A DNA stretch of 20,000 bases from Trypethelium eluteriae (taxonomy: Eukaryota), in contig JAVECL010000005.1 in assembly GCA_051942245.1 (NCBI GenBank), positions 117,828-137,827 on the forward strand, read 5' to 3'. The notes under the pieces were generated by a model that made no database searches, was not told the DNA's origin, and was given only the letters and a program-made list of their open reading frames with translations. The translations under genes and the position numbers were made by a program. Of the stretch, positions 7,827 to 17,089 are shown piece by piece (position 1 is the first letter of the stretch; each line of letters starts with the position of its first letter).

Positions 7827-10661
7827 CTAATCCTCATACACGCTTCTATTAAAGAACCGGTAAATCTGCCTTGCTGCCTCTTTACCCACCAGCTCCCCTA
7901 AGTCTTCCTCCCCCATGTTCGCAAGCTGTTCTATACTGCCTACCTCTAATATCAGTTTGTTGAACACTGCCGAGCTCACACCCGGCACCGATCTCAACAT
8001 ATCCTGGGGAACCTGGCTGAATGCACTCCGATTCATGTCCTCCGGATCTTCACCTGCTTGCAACCCGATCTGCACGGCGCGGATCGGATCTGGCTCATCC
8101 TGCGCCCGCTTCAGCTCCTCAAAGATCTCCGCGGTCTGAAACGGCGAGCTCGACCAGATGATGCGCAGTCGCGGGAATGCGAGCGTCAGCACCACGAGCT
8201 TCGACTGCAAATCAGAGTCTCGGAGCGCGGAGGCGCCAGCGGTAGACGCCGAGAGGTCGGCGAACGGCTCGAGGGTGAAAGACTTGCCAGCATCAAACTC
8301 GATAAGCAGCATTGGATCGTGATAGTGCTGTGTAAGGGTTTCGGCTTGGGCATAGAGACGGCCGTTATTCAGAGAGCTGATAAGATCTCGGATAGACTTG
8401 CGCTCGATGGCTAGGGTAGGGGTAAGTACATAGTCGCCAACGGTGAGCATACAAGGGACGACGACCATGTTGCGGGCATGCAGAAGGGAAGGCAAGGAGG
8501 ACCGGAACTCTCGTACATCGATCACTACTCGAGGAGGAGCGGCTGTGGCTGCAAGTCGGCCGCCCCCAGCAATTCTGGTGTTGACGGTACGAAGGAAGTT
8601 TGACTCGGGGTTCGTGGCGGCATCGTGGGCGGCATGGTTGAGTGTGATCGCCATGGACCCTCTCTCTCTGATTAGCCTGGTAAAAGCATCTTTTTCTCTC
8701 CTGACTGCGCTCAAATAGCGTTGCTCCTCAACTGAACCTCCGTAGTACATAAAATACACTCTAATGTTCCTGTCGCTATGCGAGCTGCGATAAACTTCAA
8801 CTCTTCGTATGAAAGCGGCATCTGGCTCATACATAATGACGTATCTCGGCCTGGCCTCTTCTAAGATGTGTTCATCCATGTCGCCATCGTAGGGATGTAT
8901 TACAACCAAATCTTTCATTTCATAAAGCTCGTAAAAGTCATCCATGTCGTCGAGCGGATCCGCAGCTATCTCCCCTTTCTGGTGGCCCTCTGCTTCGGTG
9001 GGTTGTAGATCTTCCATCAGGCTCGCAATGTGAGCTTCCTTATCACCCGCAACATGTACGGAACCGCTAACAGTCCGACTAGGAGCAGCAGCTCCAGCAG
9101 CTCCAGCAGCTCCACCCCTAATTCGGCGACGCTTGTTTGGTGGCGCACGTCCTTTGTTAGCTTGAGCCCTAAAGTCGGAAGAGCCGTTGATCGACTTTTG
9201 ATTTTCAGAAAACAGAGAGGCCGATACTTTGGAAAAGTCACGCTTCCATGCGAGATAGTTCCGTAACTTTCGTCGCATCATGAAAGAAGCTGATGCTTTG
9301 TATTCATTGTCTCCATCTTCTTCAGCTTCACCATTCCCTCGATCTGAGTGGGCATACATTGTTTGAAGAAATTCCCTGAGCTGACGACACGTTCCTTCGT
9401 CGCCACACATGACGAGAACAGTGCCATTTGAATCGTCCTGGAAGGTAGGATTAAAGTAGCTGTCACGCTCTATTTCATCCAGTATCTCGGCTAGCAGAGC
9501 CCACTTTGGTTGTTCTTCAAGCACAGCATGAAGAGAGTCTGGTACACCGTCTGCTGACTTGGCGCCTTCCGCGCCGCTAATCTTGCCAGTGTATACTCGA
9601 CGCTTAGCGGTATTGAAGATGATGTGAGCAGCATCAAGGAAAAGCCAGGGGGATTGATTCCAACGCGTCGAGCCTGGTGGGGGTGATGATGCGGCAAGCA
9701 CTGTATCAAGGTATTTGTTAAAACTCACCGAATCGTATGTAAGTAAAGAATGCAGAATGCTTCGTAGCAAGCTGAGATCCCGGACAATCTGGCGAGTACG
9801 GAAACTTGTGCGATGCCACACAGGATCAAGCTGCCTCCTCACGATAGTGTCAAAGTTTTTGTGAAGCGCGCTGTCGAGATTCCAGTCGTCCATTTCCAGA
9901 CCGGTGTTGGCCTTCTTCAATTCTCCAATGCTAACCTCAACACACTCCATGACAGCCTGCTGGATTTCTTTCATAGGACCAGTCATTGGTACTTCCAGCT
10001 CAATGACTTCGGCTTTTCTTCTCCCCTCCAGAGACTTTGTCACTGTAACATGAAATCGCGGGTACAAGGATGGCTTGCGTAAGAATAAATTCCTCATCAT
10101 CGTTGCCAGCGGGGAAAAGCCTGTAGTGAACGGCTCCGGATTATCTGAGAAGGCTTTGAGAAATCCATCCTTGTTCTTCTGTCGGTAAATGCGTATGATG
10201 AAAGCTTCTAATGCAGTAGCTACGATGCGCTCAGCATGCAGCACAACCATACCAGTCACCGTCTCTGGATCCAATAATCCCGAGAGCAGGTCAACGATGA
10301 GTATTCGCGAAGTAATGCTAAATATGCCGCCCTGCGAATACATTTTTTCTCGTGTTCCCACGCTCATCATATCCGTATTAACCAGACTGAGCCCCCTGGC
10401 CTTGGGTGAATTACTGATGGCAGCATGTTCCGCCAGTGATTCGCCGATCCATCCATTTTCTCTTTCATCTGCTCCAACGAGCAGTATTAAATTGTTCCCA
10501 GCAGCATCGTAATAGTGGAGAAGATTGGTCACGATCCGCAATAGTCCGAGGCCTCGCGCCAACAAGATGAGCGCATCCTCTTGTTGGAGCTCACGGAAGA
10601 CATCGGCTTGAAATTCGAGAGGTAGCGATAATTTGACCGGACTTCTCTCATCACCGGGCAT
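7827..10661 (-). CDS. RAD1: DNA repair structure-specific endonuclease XPF/Rad1 (S. pombe Rad16, ERCC4), 944 aa, apparently intronless
   Basis: N-terminal inactive helicase-like region (LARGLG, SITSRILIVDLL, FLKAFSDNPE, YVIMYEPDAAFIRRVEVYR), ERCC4 nuclease domain (VIDVREFRSSLP, GDYVL, ERKSIRDL = ERKxxxD), C-terminal HhH region (LRSVPGVS) and NLS-like PPNKRRR. Confidence 0.97.
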   Translation of the reverse strand: MPGDERSPVKLSLPLEFQADVFRELQQEDALILLARGLGLLRIVTNLLHYYDAAGNNLILLVGADERENGWIGESLAEHAAISNSPKARGLSLVNTDMMSVGTREKMYSQGGIFSITSRILIVDLLSGLLDPETVTGMVVLHAERIVATALEAFIIRIYRQKNKDGFLKAFSDNPEPFTTGFSPLATMMRNLFLRKPSLYPRFHVTVTKSLEGRRKAEVIELEVPMTGPMKEIQQAVMECVEVSIGELKKANTGLEMDDWNLDSALHKNFDTIVRRQLDPVWHRTSFRTRQIVRDLSLLRSILHSLLTYDSVSFNKYLDTVLAASSPPPGSTRWNQSPWLFLDAAHIIFNTAKRRVYTGKISGAEGAKSADGVPDSLHAVLEEQPKWALLAEILDEIERDSYFNPTFQDDSNGTVLVMCGDEGTCRQLREFLQTMYAHSDRGNGEAEEDGDNEYKASASFMMRRKLRNYLAWKRDFSKVSASLFSENQKSINGSSDFRAQANKGRAPPNKRRRIRGGAAGAAGAAAPSRTVSGSVHVAGDKEAHIASLMEDLQPTEAEGHQKGEIAADPLDDMDDFYELYEMKDLVVIHPYDGDMDEHILEEARPRYVIMYEPDAAFIRRVEVYRSSHSDRNIRVYFMYYGGSVEEQRYLSAVRREKDAFTRLIRERGSMAITLNHAAHDAATNPESNFLRTVNTRIAGGGRLAATAAPPRVVIDVREFRSSLPSLLHARNMVVVPCMLTVGDYVLTPTLAIERKSIRDLISSLNNGRLYAQAETLTQHYHDPMLLIEFDAGKSFTLEPFADLSASTAGASALRDSDLQSKLVVLTLAFPRLRIIWSSSPFQTAEIFEELKRAQDEPDPIRAVQIGLQAGEDPEDMNRSAFSQVPQDMLRSVPGVSSAVFNKLILEVGSIEQLANMGEEDLGELVGKEAARQIYRFFNRSVYED
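9088..9114. repeat. Three tandem copies of the 9-mer GCAGCTCCA inside RAD1, encoding GAAGAAGAA
   Basis: Exact copies at 9088-9096, 9097-9105 and 9106-9114. Confidence 0.85.
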
Positions 10662-10740
10662 CTGGTGACAGCTTTGGGTATCCGGCTATGCTAAGGCTAA
10701 AGGCGGCAATTTGGGGGATAAGGAGATCGACAAGCATTTG

Positions 10741-10980
10741 ACGCGTGGAGACTGAGCTTCCTGCAGAAATTGCGAATACGACGTGCGTGGTGGGGTAAGT
10801 ATGAGCATGGACAAGCAATCAAGCGAACACCCAAAGGTGGTGTCGCGCAATGGATATGCTCGATTTGCCGTTCCTTGCGCGAGTCATGTAAGTGACGTAC
10901 CCATCTCTTGCTAAAATCTTCAAACGTGACTCCACACAAAGCTTCTCTCTTTGCACACCAAGAGGTCATGCCACGCGAAA
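10741..10980. promoter_or_regulatory. Candidate MCB/SCB-type cell-cycle boxes in the RAD1-MFS divergent promoter
   Basis: ACGCGT (MluI box) at 10741-10746, ~80 bp upstream of the RAD1 ATG, and ACGCGAAA at 10973-10980. Short motifs; function is inferred only. Confidence 0.35.
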
Positions 10981-11127
10981 TTCGCCCAAGGTCGCGGAAA
11001 CTGCTTTATTTCAAGTCCTAAATTCATCGTTGAAAAAAGATCTCATGTCAATCCCTCTATAATTGAGATTGCGGCCGTCTTGGGCTTTTGTCTCTCCTCC
11101 ATCGAAACTCCGCATCCCAAAAACGCC

Positions 11128-12949
11128 ATGAAACCCTCCTCTCAAAACCTCAAACCACCTTTTTACCAACGTCACTCCTCAACTCTCCACTACCAAACGT
11201 TTCCTACGCCGCCCCCCAAAACCAAAGGTCGACCCCCATCCAGCAACACCACCCGCAATGGCGCCGGTCCGACCTCCAGCTCCTCCCGCCATTCCCGTCA
11301 TGGCTCGACCAGCTCCTCCCACCGCGAATCGCCCCTCCCAAAAGGCCAGCTTACCATCCTTGCCATCATCGCTCTCGCCGAACAGACCGCTTTCAATTCT
11401 ATTAGTCCCTACTTGCCTGACATGGCGACATCATTCCCTGAAGTCAAAGCTGGCCAAGCCGGGCTGTATGTCGGCCTGATTGCGAGCTCATTTGCGCTGG
11501 CGCAGTTCGGGACTGTATTCTTTTGGGGGTGGCTTAGCGATCGGATAGGCAGGAAGCCTGTGGTGTTGTCAGGGACGCTGCTCACAGCGGCGTGTTTCAT
11601 CGCGTTTGGGTTTTGTCGGACACTGTGGCAGGCTGTCGTGGTCCAGATTCTGATGGGACTGGTGAATGGAAATCAAGGAGTGATCTCGACTTGTCTAGGG
11701 GAAATTACGGATCGGAGCAATCAAAGTCGCGCGTTTACGTATCTGCCGGTTGTTTATGGAATAGGGGGAATTACGGGGCCTATTGTAGGAGGCTTACTGG
11801 TGAACCCGGACTTGACCTATCCGTACCTCCCACCTAATTTGTTTAGTGCGGTGGTATTGTTGATTGATTTGGTCTTGACCAGTATATTCTTGGAGGAGAG
11901 TCTAGAAGAAGCGCGAGACCTACCGCCATTGGGCGTGAGGGTGCACAGTATATTTTCATGGCTATGGCAATTCACGGGCTTCAGTCGTAGCCCTACTTAC
12001 ACGCGACATGGAACACAGCACGGACAGAACCGCGTTAGTACTATGGACGGAGCAGTCGAAGACACCGCAGACTCTGATGAGGAGACAACGGTATCAGACG
12101 ATGGGTCAGTGAAGGCTTCGCCACAGCTGATACCGGAAAATAATGAGCACCTGACCAAGAAGGAAATCTTCAACAGGAATACTCTATTGCTACTAGGAAC
12201 ATTTCTCGTTTTCCAGTTATCCAATATCTCTTACAATTCACTGTATCCTATTTTCGCTCAGGCAGATCTTCCAACAGGAAGAGACTTGACGCCAGAGGAG
12301 ATCGGTCTGTCTTTGGCATTTGCTGGCATGATCACTATTGTATTTCAAGTTGGTATTTTCAACAAAATAATCAACAAGATCGGAAACAAAACGACGTATC
12401 GCGTAGGTTTAGGAGGCTTTGTTATTGCATTTGTATTGATGCCGTGGGTTGGCTACAAGACAGGAGACGGATTTGGCGACGGCAAGGTTCCACTATACAT
12501 CGAACTTGGTATTGTGCTCATCATCAAGACGGTGGCTGCAGTGGGCGGCTTGACATCGGCTCTTCTTCTGGTAAAGTAGCCTCTTTTCGATCTACGATAT
12601 CGACTCTAACACGGCTTTCTAGATCACAAATTCCGCTCCCAATCACTCTGTTCTTGGGACTCTGAATGGTCTCGCCCAAACTCTTTCTGCAGCCGGGCGC
12701 GCCGTTGGACCTTTCATCTCTGGTGGTCTCTTTTCTCTCGCCACTCATATAGAACCAAAGGGCGAAGCCATGGCCTTCGGTATTTTCGGTGGCATTTCCT
12801 TCATTGGATTTTTGCTTAGCTTTGGAATTACGGGTGACAGTCTCGAAGCAGAAGGGTGGGATGAAGAGAGTGGTCGTGGTGAGGACGAAAATCAAGACGA
12901 AGAGAGCGAGGACGAAGGAGAGAACCAGCGGCTCATCAATGAAAGGTGA
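11128..12949 (+). CDS. MFS transporter, DHA1/ZIFL/YCR023C-like, 589 aa; exons 11128-12570, 12623-12949
   Basis: MFS motif A (GWLSDRIGRKP), multiple hydrophobic TM segments and GITGPIVGG (motif C-like). Intron GTAAAG 12571, CTAAC branch 12606-12610, TAG ending 12622. Exon 2 reads ITNSAPNHSVLGTLNGLAQTLSAAGRAVGPFISGGLFS...ENQRLINER*. The first ATG in the frame is at 11128; the track's 10951 start is a TTG. Confidence 0.92.
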
Positions 12950-13170
12950 CCTTTGTAAGTATCTCAGATCATGTCCATATATTGTCATGGCATCATTTGG
13001 CATTTAGCGCGGCGTTGTAGGTTCAGGTCAATTTTTGCGCCAATATATCGAGAGGGACAGTTTTTATATGGACTATTCTACGGAGTACATCTACAGAGAT
13101 TCTATACAGGAGCGCCTTTCCTGCAAATGACTTTCCTTCAATAAGTAAGGCGTGTCAACGTAGAACTTCT

Positions 13171-14037
13171 CTAAGTGTCCGCAATCGACTTTAGATATTC
13201 ATAGTCTGAAATATCATCCACATCTGCCAACTGTGTGTGTTGTCTGGGATCACTTCGCTCGATCTCAGTCTGCAAACTCTCCATGGCTCTGAAAAAGGAT
13301 ATCTTCGCCTCCTGCCACGTCTGCTCTTGTTGACTAGCGTCACGCCGGGATTCGTTTTTCACCGTACCCCGTTGCTGTTGAAGTCGGATCTCTTGAAGAT
13401 TACCCACAAGTTGACGGGAGACTTTAAGCAAATCCTCATAGGGAGCATACAGTGCCTGCTTAGTCGGATTTATTCGCAGACTTCCGGTCAAGTGCCCAGC
13501 TAGAAGACGCCTGCCGTTTCTCCCAGTAGTCTTAGTGGCTTGAGACTCACTCTGCTGCGATGTTGCAATACGTAACCCATTTTTGTCAAAACCGGCCTCT
13601 TCTAGGGCGCTCTCGAATGCTGTTCTCATCTTCCTGGCAAATCGCTTTCTAACCACAGCCTTCTCATTCTTCACGTAATAGTTCACATTCCACCATAAAC
13701 CTCCCCCACCACCTGGGCTTGCTGCAGCAATCTGTTCCGATTTCCTTCCTCGCTCTTCGTATTTTTGCCGGATTGTCCAGTACCTGACACTCAAAGGGAG
13801 GGATAAGACATCCTGAGCACCCGGAAAGGGTACATGAAAGATGCTGTAAAATGGAAGAATTACAGGAGAACCCAATAATCTGGTGAATTGTGTCCTCAGC
13901 GGATAAAGGTACGATGAGGTCGTAGGCGGTAATGTGAGGAGAGGAAGTGTGGAGCTTTGCCAATAAGGAGTGTAAGGAGGTGGATATTTGGCAGAGAGAA
14001 CATTTTTGACGAGAGATTCCCAGCGTGAAGGGTGCAT
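13171..14037 (-). CDS. Hypothetical protein, 288 aa, with an RnpA (bacterial RNase P protein)-like central domain; start uncertain
   Basis: 867-nt ORF divergent from eIF1A. Contains GLWWNV...KNEKAVVRKRFARKMRTAFESAL..GFDKNG and GSLRINPTKQALYAPYEDLLKVSRQLV. Coding status is likely; the function is an inference. Confidence 0.7.
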   Translation of the reverse strand: MHPSRWESLVKNVLSAKYPPPYTPYWQSSTLPLLTLPPTTSSYLYPLRTQFTRLLGSPVILPFYSIFHVPFPGAQDVLSLPLSVRYWTIRQKYEERGRKSEQIAAASPGGGGGLWWNVNYYVKNEKAVVRKRFARKMRTAFESALEEAGFDKNGLRIATSQQSESQATKTTGRNGRRLLAGHLTGSLRINPTKQALYAPYEDLLKVSRQLVGNLQEIRLQQQRGTVKNESRRDASQQEQTWQEAKISFFRAMESLQTEIERSDPRQHTQLADVDDISDYEYLKSIADT

Positions 14038-14378
14038 TAGGATTCGCAGCCGAAAATCTCGTACCTATCCTCAGCAGCCATAGGTACTAGCTTTCTAGCG
14101 TTGTCCAGAAGAATGTGAGGTAAAGCATTTGCCCGATATTGTAGATGCTGGGGGGGTTTTTGGGAGCATCCGCTTGCTTCTAACGTCAACTTCATCTACG
14201 ATACTCTATTCTGCCGCTCACCGCCTAGCGGCGGACCTCCGATTCACACTGCCCCACGCAGCGCTCGAATCCAGCTACGTTTGTTCAGAAAAACCTTACC
14301 ACTCGTTTTCCGAAGCAATTCAGGACTCCTTGTATTAGAGAAAGACTACTTACCTCTTTTCGCTTGATATCACTCAAC

Positions 14379-15019
14379 ATGCCTAAGAACAAGGGAAAGG
14401 TAGGCACGATTCTTATCGAGGCCGGCCCCACCTTCAAATTTGATCTTGAATACAGCATGTCTTCCTCTTGAATAGCACCTGCTAATTCAGCGCCATTTAG
14501 GGAGGGAAGAATCGGCGACGTGGGAAGAACGAGAACGACAACGAGAAACGTGAACTTACCTTCAAAGAGGAAGGCCAGGGTATGCTGATGCCTTTATATC
14601 CCCAATCGCCACCGAGGCATAACAACGTCATCGGAGCTGCATCACTAACATTCTTGCCGATAGAGTACGCGCAAGTCCTAAAAATGCTCGGGAACGGCCG
14701 GCTCGAAGCTCTCTGTTTCGATGGGACACAAAGAAAAGCCCATATCCGTGGCAAGCTACGCAAAAAAGTATGGATCAACGGCGGCGACATCATCCTTCTA
14801 TCGCTTCGAGAATACCAGGATGGAAAAGGCGATGTCATTTTGAAGTATAGCGCAGACGAAGCCAGAAGTCTCAAGGCTTATGGTGAGTTACCGGAAAGCG
14901 CCAAGATCAATGAAACGGACACCTACGGGCATGAGGGCGATGAGGGTATCGGCTTCGAGTTCGATGAAGATAGAGATGAGGATGCGAGTTCGGATGAGAT
15001 TGACGTGGACGATATCTGA
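14379..15019 (+). CDS. TIF11: Translation initiation factor eIF1A, 151 aa; exons 14379-14399, 14501-14579, 14664-15019
   Basis: Spliced product [54 protein letters not shown]...[12 protein letters not shown]...DEIDVDDI*. Introns GTAGGC..GCTAAT..TAG (14400-14500) and GTATGC..ACTAAC..TAG (14580-14663). Confidence 0.98.
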
Positions 15020-16068
15020 AGCATGGGTACGATGTTGTGGTGTTTTGAGGGTTCAAGAATCTTAACCCCTTCCGCTGCGAATGCGTTTGACTTCACTTGC
15101 ACTTGCGACAATATCTTTCTTTCATCGCAGGCAGAGCTAGATTTGTCTCTTAGTCACCTGCTTGAAGCAAGTGCCCAGTAGTGGGGCCGGTGTGGTCTCG
15201 AGTGGCTATGGGCTCAGACCTCTACGAACGTGGGCTTGCCAGCGGCTGATATTATTCTTCAAATGAATTATGAACCTAGAGTTGGCAGTGCGATTAATGA
15301 CACGGTGATGACCTTTCAACGAACATATGACAATTGAAATTACATGCTGCATTTTCCAGATATTATTCTCACTTGAGCACGGGCCTGACGCCGGAGAAAG
15401 GCCATGCTCCAAAGGTCTGCGCCAGTTTCCCCCAGCCAACCTTCATCTATCTCCATCCATCTTCCATTGGATAAGGTACTAAATCGCCGGATAGCAAATG
15501 AACTTGATTGGCCACTATATAAATTGCCATTGAGTCCTCATGTCGGATGGAATCAATCTGGCTTCTGCTTGTGCGACAACTTGAGAGTGAAGCAGGAAGA
15601 TGCCACCTAAGCCGCCATGAATCTCCTTTTCACGAGAGATCATCGCCATGATAGACGAACGCCACACAGATCCTGAGGGCTCTGATTTAGGCAAACGGCA
15701 GAGAGAAGATCGCTGAACTTGAAACTTGGGGGTATGTCGCTGGAGTGTTGGTGATACTTACAGCACTCAGCTGCTACTGGCACCCACCATTGTCTCAACA
15801 CTTCACACATGTCGTCTCGAGCTATCAAAAGTGGAGGAAAGAGAGGCTCCTTTTTTTCATTTGAAGAAAAAGAGAAAAGCGAAAGGAGCCAAATGCTTGA
15901 CAGCTCCATTTAGCACTCCTGCCTTTACCCAGCGTCAATCAAAAATGTTTGGTTTCCTTTCGCTTTGTGCAATGCCTCGGAAAGCCATTGATAGTGGGCA
16001 ATTTTCTTCTAAACAGTTTCAGACAAAAGCCCCAAGTCAAAGCTCCATGCGCCACCACCTTTTACGTC

Positions 16069-16083
16069 AAAAAAAAAAAAAAA
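16069..16083. repeat. A15 homopolymer
   Basis: Seen directly in intergenic sequence. Confidence 0.9.
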
Positions 16084-16828
16084 TATGCGATCTGCGAAAT
16101 CTTTGGCAGGGACATTGGGAGCTTGAAGAGGCCGTCTGTTGTCCATCACAACCAAATGAGTCTGCTCATCGTCAGTAGTTTCAATTGTTGCCGAGACACC
16201 TCAAACATTTGCGCCCTGTGTTTGAACACAACAGGGAGACGATGCCGTTCGACTGTATTAAAGGGGGCGGCACGAACATCAGCTATCGGAGTACACAAGT
16301 ACGACCCTTAGCGGTGCGTACTCTCGCCCCTGTTGGTACGACTGCTATGAACTGGTCTCTTTTTTTCTGGCTCCTACCTTCTTCTTCGACACGACGCAGT
16401 GGCACCCGTGCCATCGAACCTTCTGCGAGAAATTCCGAGTCTGATACGAAACCCCGTAATTTTACCAATTCGACTTCTCTGATACTAGAGAAAGCCGCTT
16501 CCATGATTTCTTCATGGAAGGCACTGCAGTACATCATCGGGAATCCTAGGCGTCAAGATCGCACTCGTGTCCCTGGTCAGCCTCATATGGTTACTCGCCT
16601 ACTCATTCATGAGGAGCGGTATCGGTCACGACCTGCTGTATCTGACAAGCAAACCCAGGCAATCATTCCCGTTGGGCGAAAATACGTGGCACGTCTGTAC
16701 ATCCTTTAACCTTCAAAGTAGAGCATCTTGATGCAGTAACGCAGATTGATCTGGCTTTTGCAATACTTCGCCGTCGAGATCCTCTTTACGTGCCACATTT
16801 AGCCTCAGTCACCAACTTCCAGACTGCA

Positions 16829-16884
16829 GTATGAGCAAGCTATTGTCGTCTCTATTCCGAAAATCGCTAATCTGTTCTTTGCAG
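16829..16884 (+). other. Canonical-looking 56-nt intron of an unannotated + strand transcript
   Basis: GTATGA donor at 16829, GCTAAT branch at 16866-16871, TTCTTTGCAG acceptor ending 16884; size matches other introns in the window. Confidence 0.5.
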
Positions 16885-17089
16885 ATTAGTAGAGTTTTTA
16901 GCACTCTCTCATGGTGGTGATATATTAGTGGAGCAACGACTAACCATTTAAGCTCTCTACTCTACTCTAACATCACTTTCTTAACAAACTATATTCTACC
17001 ATAACATTTCTCTTTCGTTGTTTCTTGCTGGTCAAGAGGCGGCTCACCTTTCTGCACTCAAATTTCCGTTGATTTTCAATCTCCATCCA

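Noticed and set aside
10951..11127. 59-aa N-terminal extension of the MFS ORF (and likewise 17018-17089 for the mucin ORF)
   Set aside because: These start at TTG codons from the ORF caller; the first ATGs are at 11128 and 17090.
15185..15260. tRNA-like 5' half (GCCGGTGTGGTCTCGAGTGGCTATGGGCTCAGAC)
   Set aside because: No T-loop/B-box (GTTCRA) and no matching acceptor-stem 3' strand were found.
15305..15388. GTGATGA ... CTGA spaced like a box C/D snoRNA
   Set aside because: Terminal stem is only about 2 bp and I could not recognise a convincing rRNA guide; a snoscan/Infernal run would be needed.
16069..16083. A15 run as a possible retroposon tail
   Set aside because: No target-site duplication, Pol III boxes or RT remnants were seen nearby.
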